A DNA stretch of 61,927 bases, filler included, from Nemertoderma westbladi (GCA_032718475.1; 3 parts of 3 records of this genome joined end to end with filler, not necessarily neighbours in it); one strand, 5' to 3'; counted from the first letter of the whole stretch, positions 48,001 to 60,899 are shown. Translations and numbers: made by a program. The notes: a model not told the origin generated them from the letters alone.

Positions 48001-50649
48001 GCTGGCTGGCTGACTGGCTGGCTGGCTGGCTGGCTGATCTACAGCCAAAACTACTCTAACGATTTTGATGAAATTTTCACAGCGGCTAGATACCGCGATT
48101 CTAAGGTCCCTGGTATGTTCCGCTATTTCGTCCATGAGCCGTGGGCTCGAAAAATAGACATAAACGAAAAAACGCCATAGGCGCAATGGTAAAATAACAC
48201 CAATGACAGCTTGTTGATGGAATTTACATTTGATTGATGACTTCCGACTTGCTTAACGGCGTCTTGACGCCGTCTCTAGTTAATTGTTGTGAATTAAAAA
48301 AAACTGTTTTCAAATCTAAATACTTTCTCTCCCTAGTATTTTTATTACTTACTTTCCCACAATATTAGTGATATAAAGTCTTTCTATCACCTTTTTATTA
48401 ATTTAATTGAAATAATTTACTTCTTTTAATGGTCATTTAGATTCATTATTTTCTATTGGTATGGGGCCTCTCTGCCTCTAGTGTATTGGATAAAAACGTG
48501 TCGAAAATAATTCCTTGTCACTAAAGATTTCAGTTAACATAAATTTAGATATTATGCTTCCTTGTATTCAGTTTTACTCGAAAGAGTCAGACGTAAAACA
48601 GTTGAATTTCGGTCAGAAAATATATAATAATAAAATAATGTGTTTTTCTTAACAGCAAAATATATGAGGATCAACTATATAATTGTTCTTAGATGAAAAA
48701 ATCTTTAAATATTTGATAAATTTTTTACAATTTATTTATATTTGTTCCAATTTTACAACATTATATTCATAAAGTGTTGCTGCCATAATATATTATATTT
48801 TTTAACTCTCATTAATTTTCTACTGATTTATCAACCTATTCAGGATCATGGGGATGCGTGGGCGTTGATAGGGAACCTCCATCTCGGCAAGCAGGAGTGG
48901 GGCCCGGGCCAGAAGAAGTTCGAGCGGATCCTAAAGAACCCGGAGACGGCAAACGATACCTACTCCTTGGTCTCCCTGGGTAACATCTGGCTGCAGACGC
49001 TGCACACCCCCAGCCGGGACCGCGAGAAGGAGCGCAGACACCAGGACCGCGCGCTGTCCATGTACAAGATGGTGCTGCGCGTGGACCCGCGCAACCTCTA
49101 CGCGGCCAACGGGATCGCCAGCGTGCTCGCGCACAAGGGCTACTTCCGGGAGGCCCGGGATATATTCGCGCAGGTCCGGGAGGCCACCGCCGACGTCAAG
49201 GACGTCTGGCTCAATCTCGCCCACTGCTACATGGAGCAGCGGCAGTACGTCAGCGCCGTGCAGATGTACGAGAACTGCCTGAAGAAGTTTAACAAACAGC
49301 ACGACGTCGACCTTATGGTCTACATGGCGCGCGCTTACTATAAGTGCGGGAAACTGGCTGAGGCGAGACGCGCGCTCGTACAAGCGCGCCACGTTATGCC
49401 CATCGACACGTTACTCATGTATAACTTGTCGTTGGTTCAGCGTTTTATGGCCACCGATATTCTCACAGACGAGAAATCCAAATTGAAACTGGTACTCCAG
49501 GCCGTGGGCGACTTGGAATTGGCCCAAAAGAATTTCGGTTTTCTCTCTCGACACGGAGATAAACAGCGGTTCGACCTGGGGTGGGCGGAGCAAGAGGTGC
49601 GAAAGTGCGGAGATCTGTTGCGGCAGGCGCAGTATCACGTGACTCGAGCGCGCAGGCAGGACGAGCAGGAGCAGGAGGCGAGGATGAAACAGGAGGAGGA
49701 GCGGGAGGCCTTCCGAGCGCGGGAGGAAGCGGCTCGACGCGCGGAGGAGGAGGTGAAAGCGGAGAGAGAGAGGGAGTTGAGGGAGAAACGGGAGCAGTTC
49801 GTGGAGAAAACTAAGAGTTTGTTGGTGTTCGAGCCGATAGTGGAGGAGAAGCGGAGGAAGTCGATGGCGCGGGCCGACGGGGAGATTCTATCGGATGGGA
49901 GTGAAAGGGAGGAGGATGATCAAGGAGGAGGGGGAAAGAAGGTGGACAATGGGGGGAAGAAACGGAGGGGTCCGAGTAAGAGAGACGAAGGGAGGAAAGG
50001 GAAGAAGAGAGCAGTTATTAAGGCTGCCGACGAGGCGTTGAGTGCCAAACAGCGCGGGAAAATTAAATCTAAAGCTTATATATCGTCGTCGGATAGTAGC
50101 AGCGACGAAGGTGCCATATCGCGGGTCGCTAAGCAACTGGATGATGCGGCGTCGGGGAGGAAACAGAGGGGGGCATCGCCGGAGGTTGGAGTTACTCCTG
50201 GTAAAAAACGGAGGGTCTTAATGGCGAGTTCGTCTGAAAGTGAGGGGGGAAAATATTCAGGTAGTGAGGGGGAAAAGGGGTCGGGTAGCGAGGGGGGAGG
50301 GGGCTCGGTCTCCGAGGGGGGCGGGGGTTCAGGTAGCGAGGGGGGCGGGGGTTCAGGTAGTGAGGGGGGAGGGGGCTCGGTCTCCGAGGGGGGCGGGGGT
50401 TCAGGTAGTGAGGGGGGAAAGGCTTCGGACTTGAAAGGTGGAAGTGGGTCTGAGAGTGGGGAGGGAGGGGCGCATATGGAAGCGTCGGCTTCCGAACCTT
50501 CGGATCAGGTTGAGTCACCTGTTAGTTCGGATTCGGAACCTGAAGTTTCCGGTTCGCATCGTCGGAAACTCGACTCGAGTTCGGAAGATAACGCGACTCG
50601 GAAGAGGCCCGGTCGGAAATCCGGTATCCTTGGCAGCGACTCAGACTAA
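45080..50649 (+). CDS. CTR9: RNA polymerase-associated protein CTR9 (PAF1 complex TPR scaffold); exons 45080-45241, 45734-46546, 47044-47769, 48844-50649; ~1168 aa
   Basis: [67 protein letters not shown] and [13 protein letters not shown] are CTR9 signatures. Three phase-0 GT-AG introns. Confidence 0.97.
47939..48280 (+). mobile_element. Helentron-associated (DINE-1/HINE-like) element in CTR9 intron 3
   Basis: Subterminal IR AGCAAGTCG...CGACTTGCT, (GGCT)n microsatellite, CGATTTTGATGAAATTT core, and 3' hairpin ACGGCGTC-TT-GACGCCGT followed by CTAG-T. Confidence 0.75.
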
Positions 50650-50788
50650 ATTATTTAACATTAAACTCATATTTTCTTAGTGTTTATTTTGTTTCGTTTT
50701 ATAATTTGACCGATTTATTTGAAAAATTGTATTATAAAAAATGCAGGAAAAATCTACAATTATTATTAATTAATCAGAGTATCATCCA

Positions 50789-53700
50789 CAGGGTTTTTTT
50801 TTGGAAATTTGCTGATGGCGCTGTCGGCGCCATCGACCAAGTTTTATATGGCACTAGGCGCCATAAACAATACTACCACCTACACCGCTCACCTACTGGT
50901 TAACCAGTAGGCTTACGACGTAGTTTATGTGCTCAGCAAAAATAAATAAAAATTAATCCACTAACATTCATATTTTTTTTTTTTTTCTAAATTTACACCC
51001 CAAGCGGGGTAAACTGGTTTTTTAATTAATCATTCAATATATAAAATAAATAAAACTGAGGCATTCAGTTAATAGAATAAAACATTCATATTAATTAATA
51101 TAATGAAAATGATTGAAAAGAACTATAATTGTTCAGAATTGCTCAACATCATGGTAACCTTCCGGTGTACCTAAAATATGTGAGAATTCAAAACCAAACA
51201 AATAATTCTAGTCCTTTTTATACTTTATCCCGTTTAAATTTATGTTATATAAATAAATAAAATAAATGTCAGTCAGTGCCGCATATAGAAACCAGACAAT
51301 TCCAGGCAGAATTCATTTTGAGAAAATTGAGAATAAAGTTTAACAAAAATTAAATTTTTTTTTTCCAAAATATGTTGATTAGGTATGTTTCTTTGCATTG
51401 AACAGTTTTGTACAGTTTTGATAAAATTGCATGTTTCGCCGGTCTTGTCCGTCTGTCAGTCTTATTGCCTATCATCGTGTATATGTCTGTCAAATCATTC
51501 AATAATTCTGAACTCTGGGGAGGTTGCGCTGATTGAAATTACGGGACTTTTCTGAAGGTCGCTGATTGCAGTTCTATGTCGGTTTTTATGTTTTATGGAT
51601 TCAAGACTGTTTGTATGTCTGTTGGACTGTCGGACAGACAGACAGACCGACAGACATCAAGTCTAGATTTCTTCAAGCATGAAAGCTGACATCGGAAATG
51701 AAAGCTCCGACCAGAAACACACCGACAACAAAATTTTAGTCACCGTTATCTAAATGCTTCTATATTTTCGACAGACAAACATTCGAACAGAGAAAGTTAA
51801 GTTTACTTCGATTTAATTAAAAACATGGTTTTCGGGCATTTAAATTAAATATTTCAAAATCTAATATATATAAATATCGATTGTCTGTGTGTTTGTCATC
51901 GGCTATACAATCGAACCCATCTCGATGAAATCTCGCTTGCTATATCTCGTTAGAAAGGTCTCGCCCTAACTCGTTGCAACGTAATACTCAGAGCCGTCTG
52001 AAGTTCGCCCGTCTGCCGCTAGAGGGCGATTTTCGTGATTTTCGGGCGAAATTTATCGAATTATTTCGGTTCTTCTATCGGTAATTAATGATTTAGAGGG
52101 CTAACATTTATCCCACCTGGTATAAAATTAACATGGGTAGATTCGCCGTGTCCCATTCTCACAAAGTTTTTATTTTATTTGAGTGTTTAATATAAATATG
52201 TATGATTATTTATTGATTAAAAATCAAATAGTGTATAAATATGTCATATTCGCCAAGCAGGATCGAATTGGCCTATATTATTGAATAGGGAAGGATTGTT
52301 TTCTGTATCATAGCAACGTTATGGTAATTATTGAACTCGCAGCTAGCTGGCTGGGCACAGATAAGGAGCAAGCAGGCTGGAGTGTTGATTGGGGTGGGTT
52401 TGGGTTGTCTGTTGCGAATTGCTCAGAGTAATTCTGCTTTCTCAATCATTGGCTGCATGGAAGGAGAGGTTTATAACATTTTTGTTTTACTTTTATGAAT
52501 ATTAAAAGTAAAATAATTATTTCTGTAGGCCTATACTTACTGTATTATTATTTTATCTAATATTATACATCTAATCTCTATGAAATCTCGCTTACTATAG
52601 CTCGTTAGATAGGTCTCGCCCTAACTCGTTGCAACGTAATACTCAGAGCCGTCTGAAGTTCCACCGTCTGCCGCTAGAGGGCGAATTATCCGATAGTGAA
52701 AACCTTTCCGTTTTGACTGAAACTTGGTAGGCATCTACTACAGCATAGGCTGTATCTTTACTGAGTCGCAGAGTCGTCTACAATTTCCCAGTCTACCGCT
52801 AGAGTGCGAAATGTCTGCAAGTTAACATCTTCTCCAACTTTGTTATTTACAATCCTTTTAGACTGAAACTTGGTAGGCATCTACTATAGCATAGGCTATA
52901 TCTTTGCGGAGTAGTAGAGTCGTCTACAGTTCCACAGTCAGCCGCAAGAGGGCGAATTGTCTGATAGTGAAAACCTCATCCCATTTGGTTCTTTTTAATC
53001 CCTTTGAGCTGAAACTTGGCAGGAATCTACTACAGCATATTCTGTATCTTTACTGAGTCCCAGAGTCGTCTACAGTTCTTCAGTCTACCGCTACTGTAGA
53101 AGTCTGAATGTGAACATCTACACCAATTTTGTTATTTACAATCTGACTAAAGTTGAAACTTGACAGTTATCTCTTATGGGGGTGGTGTTTTATTTAATGA
53201 TGGTGTCTGTTCCGTATGCAGTTCTCCAATCTCCCACACATATTCATATATCATCTGCACGTGCACTAGAAAGCTGTGGCCCGAAGGGCCACAGGCTTTC
53301 TAGTTACTATTATAAAAATGTTCCTTTTATTAACTTTCACTATTTCTTTCGAAACTTTTGAACTTTGAGTCGCAATTACATGTGGGTGGGTGCATTAGAA
53401 AGCTAATTAAAATCATGCAATTAATAACTCAAAAATTTATTTTTCGTGGAATAATCTGTTTTCTATGTACTGATACAAATAAATAAATAAACTTTTACGT
53501 TACGTTTCAAATTCAATTTTGTAATTTTAATTAAATTAAACGAATATAAACTATTTGAAAAGTAAAATATTTTTTTGCAACTAAATTTGCAGTGACAAGT
53601 TAAAAAACCACTTCTATTAACTAGATAGAATAAAATGTAAAAAAAATAAAAAAAATTGAACGTTAAAATTATGTGCCCACCCCACCAGCACCCAAACAAT

Positions 53701-53913
53701 ATGAGACTGTGTGGGAATCTATTTTTATTTAAATATTTTTTCTATGTATATAAATATTTTTTTAATACCGATACTGTACTGTTATCAGAGAATATGCGTG
53801 GCGAATCTCGGAGAAACCTCGATGGCGCTGCTGGCGCCATCGAGCTTCCTGCCAATGGCGCCACGGCCGAGTGCTATGGCGCTGGCGCCACATTTAGCTC
53901 CAAAAAAACCCTG
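50789..53913. mobile_element. hAT-like non-autonomous element hosting a Helitron
   Basis: TIR CAGGGTTTTTTT(T)GGA. ATGGCGC..GGCGCCAT subterminal motifs at both ends. TSD imperfect (ATCATCCA vs ACACCCAC). Confidence 0.65.
51860..53303 (+). mobile_element. Non-autonomous Helitron
   Basis: A|TCTAATATATATAAA..GTCTGTGTGTTTGT 5' end. 3' hairpin TGTGGCCC-GAA-GGGCCACA then CTAG|T. Internal ~105-bp direct repeat and ~146-bp tandem repeats. Confidence 0.85.
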
Positions 53914-53945
53914 ACACCCACCTAACCCAACCTCTCTGTATGCAT

Positions 53946-54962
53946 TAGCGTTGTCCATCGAAATTTACTAAATTTTTCGATCGATTTTATGAAATTTTCG
54001 ATCGATTATCGATGATTTTCGATCATTACCAATGTAAAATATTAAAAGATTTCAATAATTTATTGGTTACTAACTTTTCTTTGTAAAAAGAAGATTAAGT
54101 TTAATATTTAATAAAATTTATGTGTGTAAAATGGGACTTTGCAATTTGCTGTTGAGTACGGTTTGGTACACGTTCGTGGGGCCTTCGCGCAGCACGAGCT
54201 CAAATAACCCCTGAAGATGTATTCCGAATACTTGTTTATATTCACAATACGCCACCACGGTACTGACAGATGATCTGACTTAGTCTGTTTAAGCAAAATT
54301 ATTTATAAAGCGTTAATGTTCATAGGTCATTTCTACCAAATTTCAGATGGATGTGCTGGTTAGTTCTATACTTTATAGCTACTTATTTATTTACATGTGT
54401 ATCAAGTGTGGATCAATTTCATTAATTTTGACCGACTTATTTCAGTTTTTATCAAATGTGTGAAACTCCAGACAGACTGCCGTGCGGTTTTTTTTTTAAC
54501 CAAACTTCAGATTTTGTCTAACCTTTTATCGGAATACATAGGTAAGTTAGTTACAGGTACCAAGTTTGGTTTAATTTTATGATGGAATGACAGACTTATT
54601 AGCGAACAAAAATTGGACAACTCGTTAATGGAACCCCTATGCTAAGGCTTCGCTCACTTCGTGGCTCGCCCCACATTAAGATTAATAATGAATGGATTGA
54701 GAGAGTATAAATGCAGATATGAGTATTAGAATATTCTTAGTACCTTAAGTTTTATTCCAAAATTTTAACATTACACCCATTTACAGAAAAATTAATATTA
54801 ATGAAAAACAGTATTTTAATAATTTTTCTTAAAAATGTTTGATATTCTATATAGTGAAAAATTAATCGAAAATTATTTCAAATGAAAAAAAAATTTCGAT
54901 CGATTATTATCGACATTATTTTCGATCGATTATCGATTTGCGATCAATTTTGGACAACCCTA
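53946..54962. mobile_element. hAT-type MITE containing a probable Helentron-like insert (~54100-54680, minus)
   Basis: TIR TAG(G/C)GTTGTCCA. 8-bp TSD GTATGCAT at 53938-53945 and 54963-54970. TCGATCGA subterminal repeats. The insert shares TTAATGTGGGGCGAGCCACGAAGT with ~58855. Confidence 0.85.
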
Positions 54963-55105
54963 GTATGCATAGTATATGCGCTTGTTCGTATATGCTCACT
55001 TGACACATGACGCATTGTACAATCTCGAGCCAAAACCCGGTACCTCCCTGCGGGAACATCGAATGAGTCTTATCGTGGTACTCAGTCATTTACATTGTAT
55101 TTAAC

Positions 55106-55221
55106 ATTAAACAACTTGGTTTAGAACTGGAGTTTCCCGCCCCGATGCTATAAATAAAAACTGGTATTCTTTTCAATATATTTACAATATATTACTCCAG
55201 TTCTAAACCAAGTTGTTTAAT
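55106..55221. repeat. 28-bp perfect inverted repeat (mini-MITE)
   Basis: ATTAAACAACTTGGTTTAGAACTGGAGT and its reverse complement. Confidence 0.85.
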
Positions 55222-55348
55222 TCTAAATGGATGCCCTAAAGTCGGCTTGTCGTAGTTTGAATGAATTTACATTATATTTCTGATATAGTTTATTACCAGT
55301 CTGGATAATACTTGATGGAGTGTGTATACTTGTGTTTTGACTTATTTT

Positions 55349-55706
55349 CACCATGTCCGGGAATATAGTGTCGTAATTCATGTACCTGGAACCCCACCTC
55401 CCCCACCCACATCTTAATGAGATTGCAAGAAATTAGAAACAGAGATGGTTTCATCTTCATCCATCCTCCTTATTGGGCCATTCGAATGTCATATCGACGG
55501 AGACACTTTTTATCAAACGTTTGTAGCTAAAAAATGAAAGTGAAAATAAAAATTCTGGCTCACCCAGTAAGTGGTCGGGAGGTAGAACTCTCTCTTTATA
55601 CAAATTCATGCAATCTCATTCAGATTTTAAGAAACATTTTTTTTTTTGGGGGGGGGGGGGGGGGTGCAGGTACCTGAATAACGACATAATATTCCATGAC
55701 ATGGTG
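55349..55706. mobile_element. MITE with CAC(C/T)ATG termini (Transib-like)
   Basis: CACCATGTCCGGGAATATAGTGTCGT..TTCA.GTACCTG inverted at 55666-55706. Related single ends at ~35646, ~38800-38838 (CACTATG) and ~18540. No TSD seen. Confidence 0.65.
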
Positions 55707-55770
55707 TATACGGGTGCCACTATTTAATGCGACAAATGTAATCTAGATAATTGTAGTTAATTCGACTTAC

Positions 55771-58332
55771 CTCTCCTTCCTGTACTCCACTTCCTGCGCT
55801 CGTATTCTTTCCTTCTCCTCTATCTGATAGTTGACGACGTAGCTAGGATACTCGGTAAACACCGGGTACTGACCCCCGGGGAGGGGCTGGAAGGGTCTCA
55901 TCGTCGACCGAGGATGCACATCGGCGCGAGTCGTCTCGTAGATACGGTTGGTCTCCTTGACGACGCGGTTCACGTCAACCGAGTTCCGGTGTCGGAAGAA
56001 GTGCCGGAAGGAATCCGGGTCTCGTATGTAGAGGAGGGCTGATCGAGACGCGACCATGTAGCCAATCACAGCGCAGACTAGGTAGCTGGGATGCCGAACT
56101 AGGATGTTATCCCACAAGGATAGCCACTCCTCCTTACTGAGAACCTCAGAGAACAAAGTCTCTAAAAGAGGCCAACAATACGTCTGCGATGTGACTTTGT
56201 ATTCGATGAGATGGTTGAGGAGTTGATGGTCGTGTTGGGCCAATAGATTCTCCGCGTGGTTTAGGATGCTGAATGGAGGATTTGGGAAGAACTCGAACCA
56301 GTGCTGACACCAGTTGAGGAGGATGGTGACGATTACTTCAAAGCAGACCAGTTGGTTGTTCTGGAATAGTTTTACCAATGGGAAGACGAGGACAGGAAGA
56401 TAGGAAACCTCGCCAAACACCGGTGACCAATGAGCGAGCGCCGATAGGGTGCGTTGCAACACGCGGCTCAGTTTAGGGCTTTTGATTGGATAGGATTCCT
56501 CCAATGAACGGTAGGCACTGTGCGTTCCCTTGGAAACTAAACTGTTAAAGGATTCGTGATTCTCTGGTATTTTGAGTAAAGTCCTCCAAATAAACTGACG
56601 GTATTTCTCAGGGAACGAACCTTTACAAAAATGAAAAAAAAATGTATACAATAATGTAACAACACTATTAATATAAATACTTTTTTTGTTTAAATCATGT
56701 TAGTACAGGATTTTCTCTATAATACTTATGGATTACTCGCTTAACTTTGATTTTGATTAATTATAGAATGTTACAATACCTATTTTTAAAATAAATTAAA
56801 GTTGAATTTATCAAATTGCATCACAACAAATTAGAAAATGTTTTACGCATTATTAAAAAATATAAAAAAATAAAACAGATTTATAGCAAACGCACTTTTT
56901 TTATTTCAAATTAAATGGCCTATTTAATAATCCTCTGAATATTTATACATTAAATATAATACGTCACATGTCACATCATTGAGACTGAAAGTCTGCTTCA
57001 GTGTTTGGTGACTGACTCTCCTGAATAACTAATTTAACGTGCCTACATCTACTGTATAGTGGACAACTCACCGAAACCTTTAAGTATTCTTCGCAGCCGT
57101 TTTCCATCCAGAATCGACGCTGTTTCATCCGTTAACGTCGATGTAAACGCAACGGATTGCGTGGCAGACCTAGACGCAGCGGTAGAGCATTCCCTCTCCC
57201 TGACGGCCGCAGTGGATTCCTCCTTAACGCGGTGGACTAACGTGGGTGGAGGTTTATTAACCTCGGAGCTGAGAGATATAGTGCTATAAACACTTATCGT
57301 CCCGTCGTCCATGGTCGCTAGTATATGTCGGCCGGTTGGAGACACGTTGAAACTAACAACGGGGCTGTGAACCTCCCCGATGTCGAATAGAAGTCGACAC
57401 GAGTCGATGTTTACAAATCGAACTATCCCGTCTTGACAGAGAGCCCCTACAGTTTGGTTTACACCGCCGACACTCGCCCGGTCGCCTTTCAGACAGGCGT
57501 CCTGTAAGTAACCCAACTGCTTTACGGATTTCACTTTAGATGGGAACTGAATGACTCTGTGTAGTTTTTGCGAATCTAGACACCAGAGGTGTATAAACTG
57601 GGTTAGACCTCCGGCGCACAGAAATCGACCGTCAGTCGAAGTTGTGAAACACCGGTAGTTCGATTTACTCGGTACCGGTAGCTGGAACTTACTGTGGAAG
57701 CTATCGGCCTCCCAAGCGAACACAGAATCATCTTTGAAACATGTCAGTATCGAGTTACTCGAGGGCAGGAAGAACACGTCGAGGATTCCAACCTTCAAAC
57801 CGACGTGAAGTTTCCGTCTGCGCGAGAAGTTATCGAGATCCCAGAGTTGTGCGGATTCTGTTCCGGTGGTTAGCGCGTATTTCCCGGAGCTGTGCACCGA
57901 CACGCTACTGATGACGCCTTCGTGGCCTTTCATCCAGCTAACCAGCTGTTTAGTTTCCGTGTCGAAACATTTTAAGGAGTAGTCGGACATCGCGACCAGG
58001 TATTCGGATTTACGTTTCATTTGGAACGCTATCGCGGTCGGTGGGGTTCCGGTACGTTGTATCAACTCGAATCGGTTCTTGGAGAGATCGAAGAGGTAAA
58101 TGTGTCCTTGTTGGTCGCCAGCGAGGAAACGATCTCCGGTGGCGTCGAACGCGGTCTGCAGGAACCGGACGCCGCGCGGGGTGAGGGACAACGATCCGCC
58201 GGCGCTGCGTCGGATGTTTACGATAACGCCGTCGTGCGCCGACGGGTTGGGATTGCGGAGCCACACCTTCCCGCCTTCGTCGTGGCGACCAACATCCAAG
58301 CGCTGCACTCCAGCTCCCGACGAATATGTCAT
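55771..58332 (-). CDS. TBC1D31: TBC1 domain family member 31 (WDR67): WD40 + Rab-GAP TBC; exons 58332-57072 and 56620-55771; C-terminal exons not found
   Basis: GKVWLRNP..DGVIVNI, VRFLQTAFDATGD..AGDQQGHIYLFDL and LVSWMKGHE. Spliced KGFGSFPEKYRQFIWR, LQRTLSALAHWS and NWCQHWFEFFPNPP. GTGAGT donor and AG acceptor join in frame. Confidence 0.93.
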
Positions 58333-58852
58333 GATTTAAAAAATTTTTAATAAATATTAATATAGGCCTATTAAAAATATTAATATAAGTATAATAAATA
58401 ACGGTAATACATCATAATATGCAGTAAGTCAATTTCAATTACACAAAAGAATCTATTTATAACATGCGGGGCCAGTACCTATAGTGATAGTCAGATAGTA
58501 GGCTAGGCTAGGCCTGGCCTGGCCTATGTCTCTCAAGTGTTACGTACCGTCTGACCGTACGTACTATTCCTTCACAACTATTTCAGTATTAAGGCTGTAT
58601 CCTGTATGCAGGTATGTCGCCAATAATTGCCAATTAATAGATACCAACGACTATACTAATTAATATGCTAGAAAGTAGACGACATCCAATCGCTCTTCCA
58701 GTCTTCGTAATGTAGGCCGAACTCAAGTTCGAGGTATTTACTACCGGTACCGGAAACCAAAATCAAACAACAGATGTAATAAGGGGTATTGTTTGTTTTG
58801 TTATAATAGTTGCCGGGATACATCCTGAAACAGCTGGTGTGAGTGGACTTCT

Positions 58853-59325
58853 TTTAATGTGGGGCGAGCCACGAAGTCTGGGTGAGCCTTTTCGTAGCGG
58901 TATAATTAGTGGAACGTCTGTCGTCGATAGTCGTTGTCATTGGATATGTTTCAACGTAGTTCGGTAAATTATTGATGAAATAGAACCAAACTTGTACACA
59001 CACATGTAGTCTATCAAAAGTTTAGAAATTCCCCACACAAAGAAAGACTTCATAGTTCATCTGTCGGCCGCTGGGTGACGAATATACAGAAACCTAGAAG
59101 TAGCTGTAATTATAGAAACTACCTTCACATTCAATTGAAATTTGTTGTGAGTGACCAGTTCTACTATTTGCACTGGCAGAGACTCAATTACTGTAATACC
59201 CGGAATTGGTCAATTTGACACAAATGAGCATATTTCGAAGCAACTGGTAAAGTTAAAATATTTTGAGCGAAGTAATTTAAACTTGATGAGTATCCGCACG
59301 CGTAGGCAATTCGCTCAATATATTC
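58853..59325 (+). mobile_element. Probable Helentron-like non-autonomous element
   Basis: Starts TTTTAATGTGGGGCGAGCCACGAAGT, shared with ~54656-54679 inverted. Right boundary uncertain. Confidence 0.4.
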
Positions 59326-59805
59326 GTATTCACGTTCTATCATCGGATCAAATTTTGTTTAGTAGATGGGCGGAGGTGTTTAATACACACACCCCCGTTG
59401 ATAGCTATAGAAAACCAGAGGATGCTGCTACAATTAATAGTCAATCCAACTTGAAATGGGTAAATAAGATCAGCGGACCCTTGGTGAAGAAAGTTAAGAT
59501 TACGGCGGCGAATGTTATGGAGTTGGAATAGGAATAAAAAAAAAAGGGGGGGGGGGGGGGTGTTCATATGTTTTTAAGCCAGACAACATTATTTTAATAT
59601 TTGAATGTAATGCCTTTTTAGATGCCCTTGTCTTCCAAAATATATATTAATGTTCGAAAATTATTGCGCTCTTATCTGTCCCTTTTATTCAAAATTGTAT
59701 ATCATTGATTATATTAAATTAAAACGCATTTGATTACTTACTGAATTAAACCTACAAGATAAACAATCATATTTTCCTAAAGTACAGTAATGTCAGTCCA
59801 ACTGT

Positions 59806-60207
59806 TTATTTTCCTCTCATCAACTGCTCCCACCCAGCTTTAACATCGAATTGATTCGATCTCGACTTTCCCGCTCCTTTCTTCCCGCGCCCCTTCGATC
59901 TTCCTCTCTTCCCTTTCTTCTTCCCCTTTCCTCCACGACTCCTTGATCTACTCCCTTTACCTCGACGACTCCTTGATCTACTCCCTTTACCTCGACGACT
60001 CCTAGACCGGCTCTTCTTTCCCTTCTTCTTCCCCTTCCCTTTCTTACTTCCCTTTCGCTTCTTCACTCTCCTCTTCTCCATATCTCTCCTACTGGTAGAT
60101 CCACATTCCCGATCCTTCTCTCCATCAACGGCCTTCAAGTTCGAAATCGACAAACCATCTTCACCCAACACGCCATCTTCACTATTATTATCCGCCATCT
60201 CACGCAT
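59806..60207 (-). CDS. Small highly basic protamine-like / sperm nuclear basic protein-like ORF with acidic N-terminal segment, 133 aa
   Basis: Acidic N-terminus, then a K/R/G/S-dominated core with (SRSRSRRGKG)x3. Clean ATG-to-stop ORF within AT-rich flanks. Confidence 0.6.
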   Translation of the reverse strand: MREMADNNSEDGVLGEDGLSISNLKAVDGEKDRECGSTSRRDMEKRRVKKRKGSKKGKGKKKGKKSRSRSRRGKGSRSRSRRGKGSRSRSRGGKGKKKGKRGRSKGRGKKGAGKSRSNQFDVKAGWEQLMRGK

Positions 60208-60899
60208 GACTATATTTACGTCTCCTAATTATTAATTGTTATCTAGTTATTTTATAAATCAAAACTCTTTGCTTATACTATGACGAAAACTAATGATATT
60301 TGTCACTTAAATATTAATAAATTCCAGAATTTGAGGATTCCATAGCATCACTACAATTTGCAAAGAATAGGCAAACACAAAAATTATTACTGAGGTCAAG
60401 CTATCGCAGCTTCAAATTTTATGCAATCTCATTACGAATCATAGAAAAATTGGGGGAGGAGGGGGATGGGGGGGGGGGGATTTAAGATTTATAATCTTGG
60501 TGCAAGGAATCATTTTATATCCCCACCGGGATTTCTGAACTACAGTATTTCGATAACAAGCCGCTAAAAACCGTCTATTTGCAATATTTAGCCACCTCCG
60601 TAGACTTTATTTTTCGCCTTTGGAATGAAATCTAGATATCATTTAGTACCGCCTCGATCTGCAGATTCCGAAACTGAAAACCGTTTAAAATTTCAACGTA
60701 TATTGTCAACGTGTATTGTGTTATGTGTTTATTTTTATGAAATTATCTCTGTCTGACTGTACAGTACTATCTGAATACTGGAATTGGTACCGCCTACAGG
60801 CCTATGACTGTATGATGTTCTGAAGAGGCCTAATAACTGAATAACTACAGAACTAATTGCATTTAAAGTAATGTTTAAACGCCAGCGTCCAACGATTAA

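Noticed and set aside
45690-50518. Many short alternative-frame and antisense ORFs over CTR9 (and TBC1D31)
   Set aside because: Expected by-products of GC-rich coding exons.
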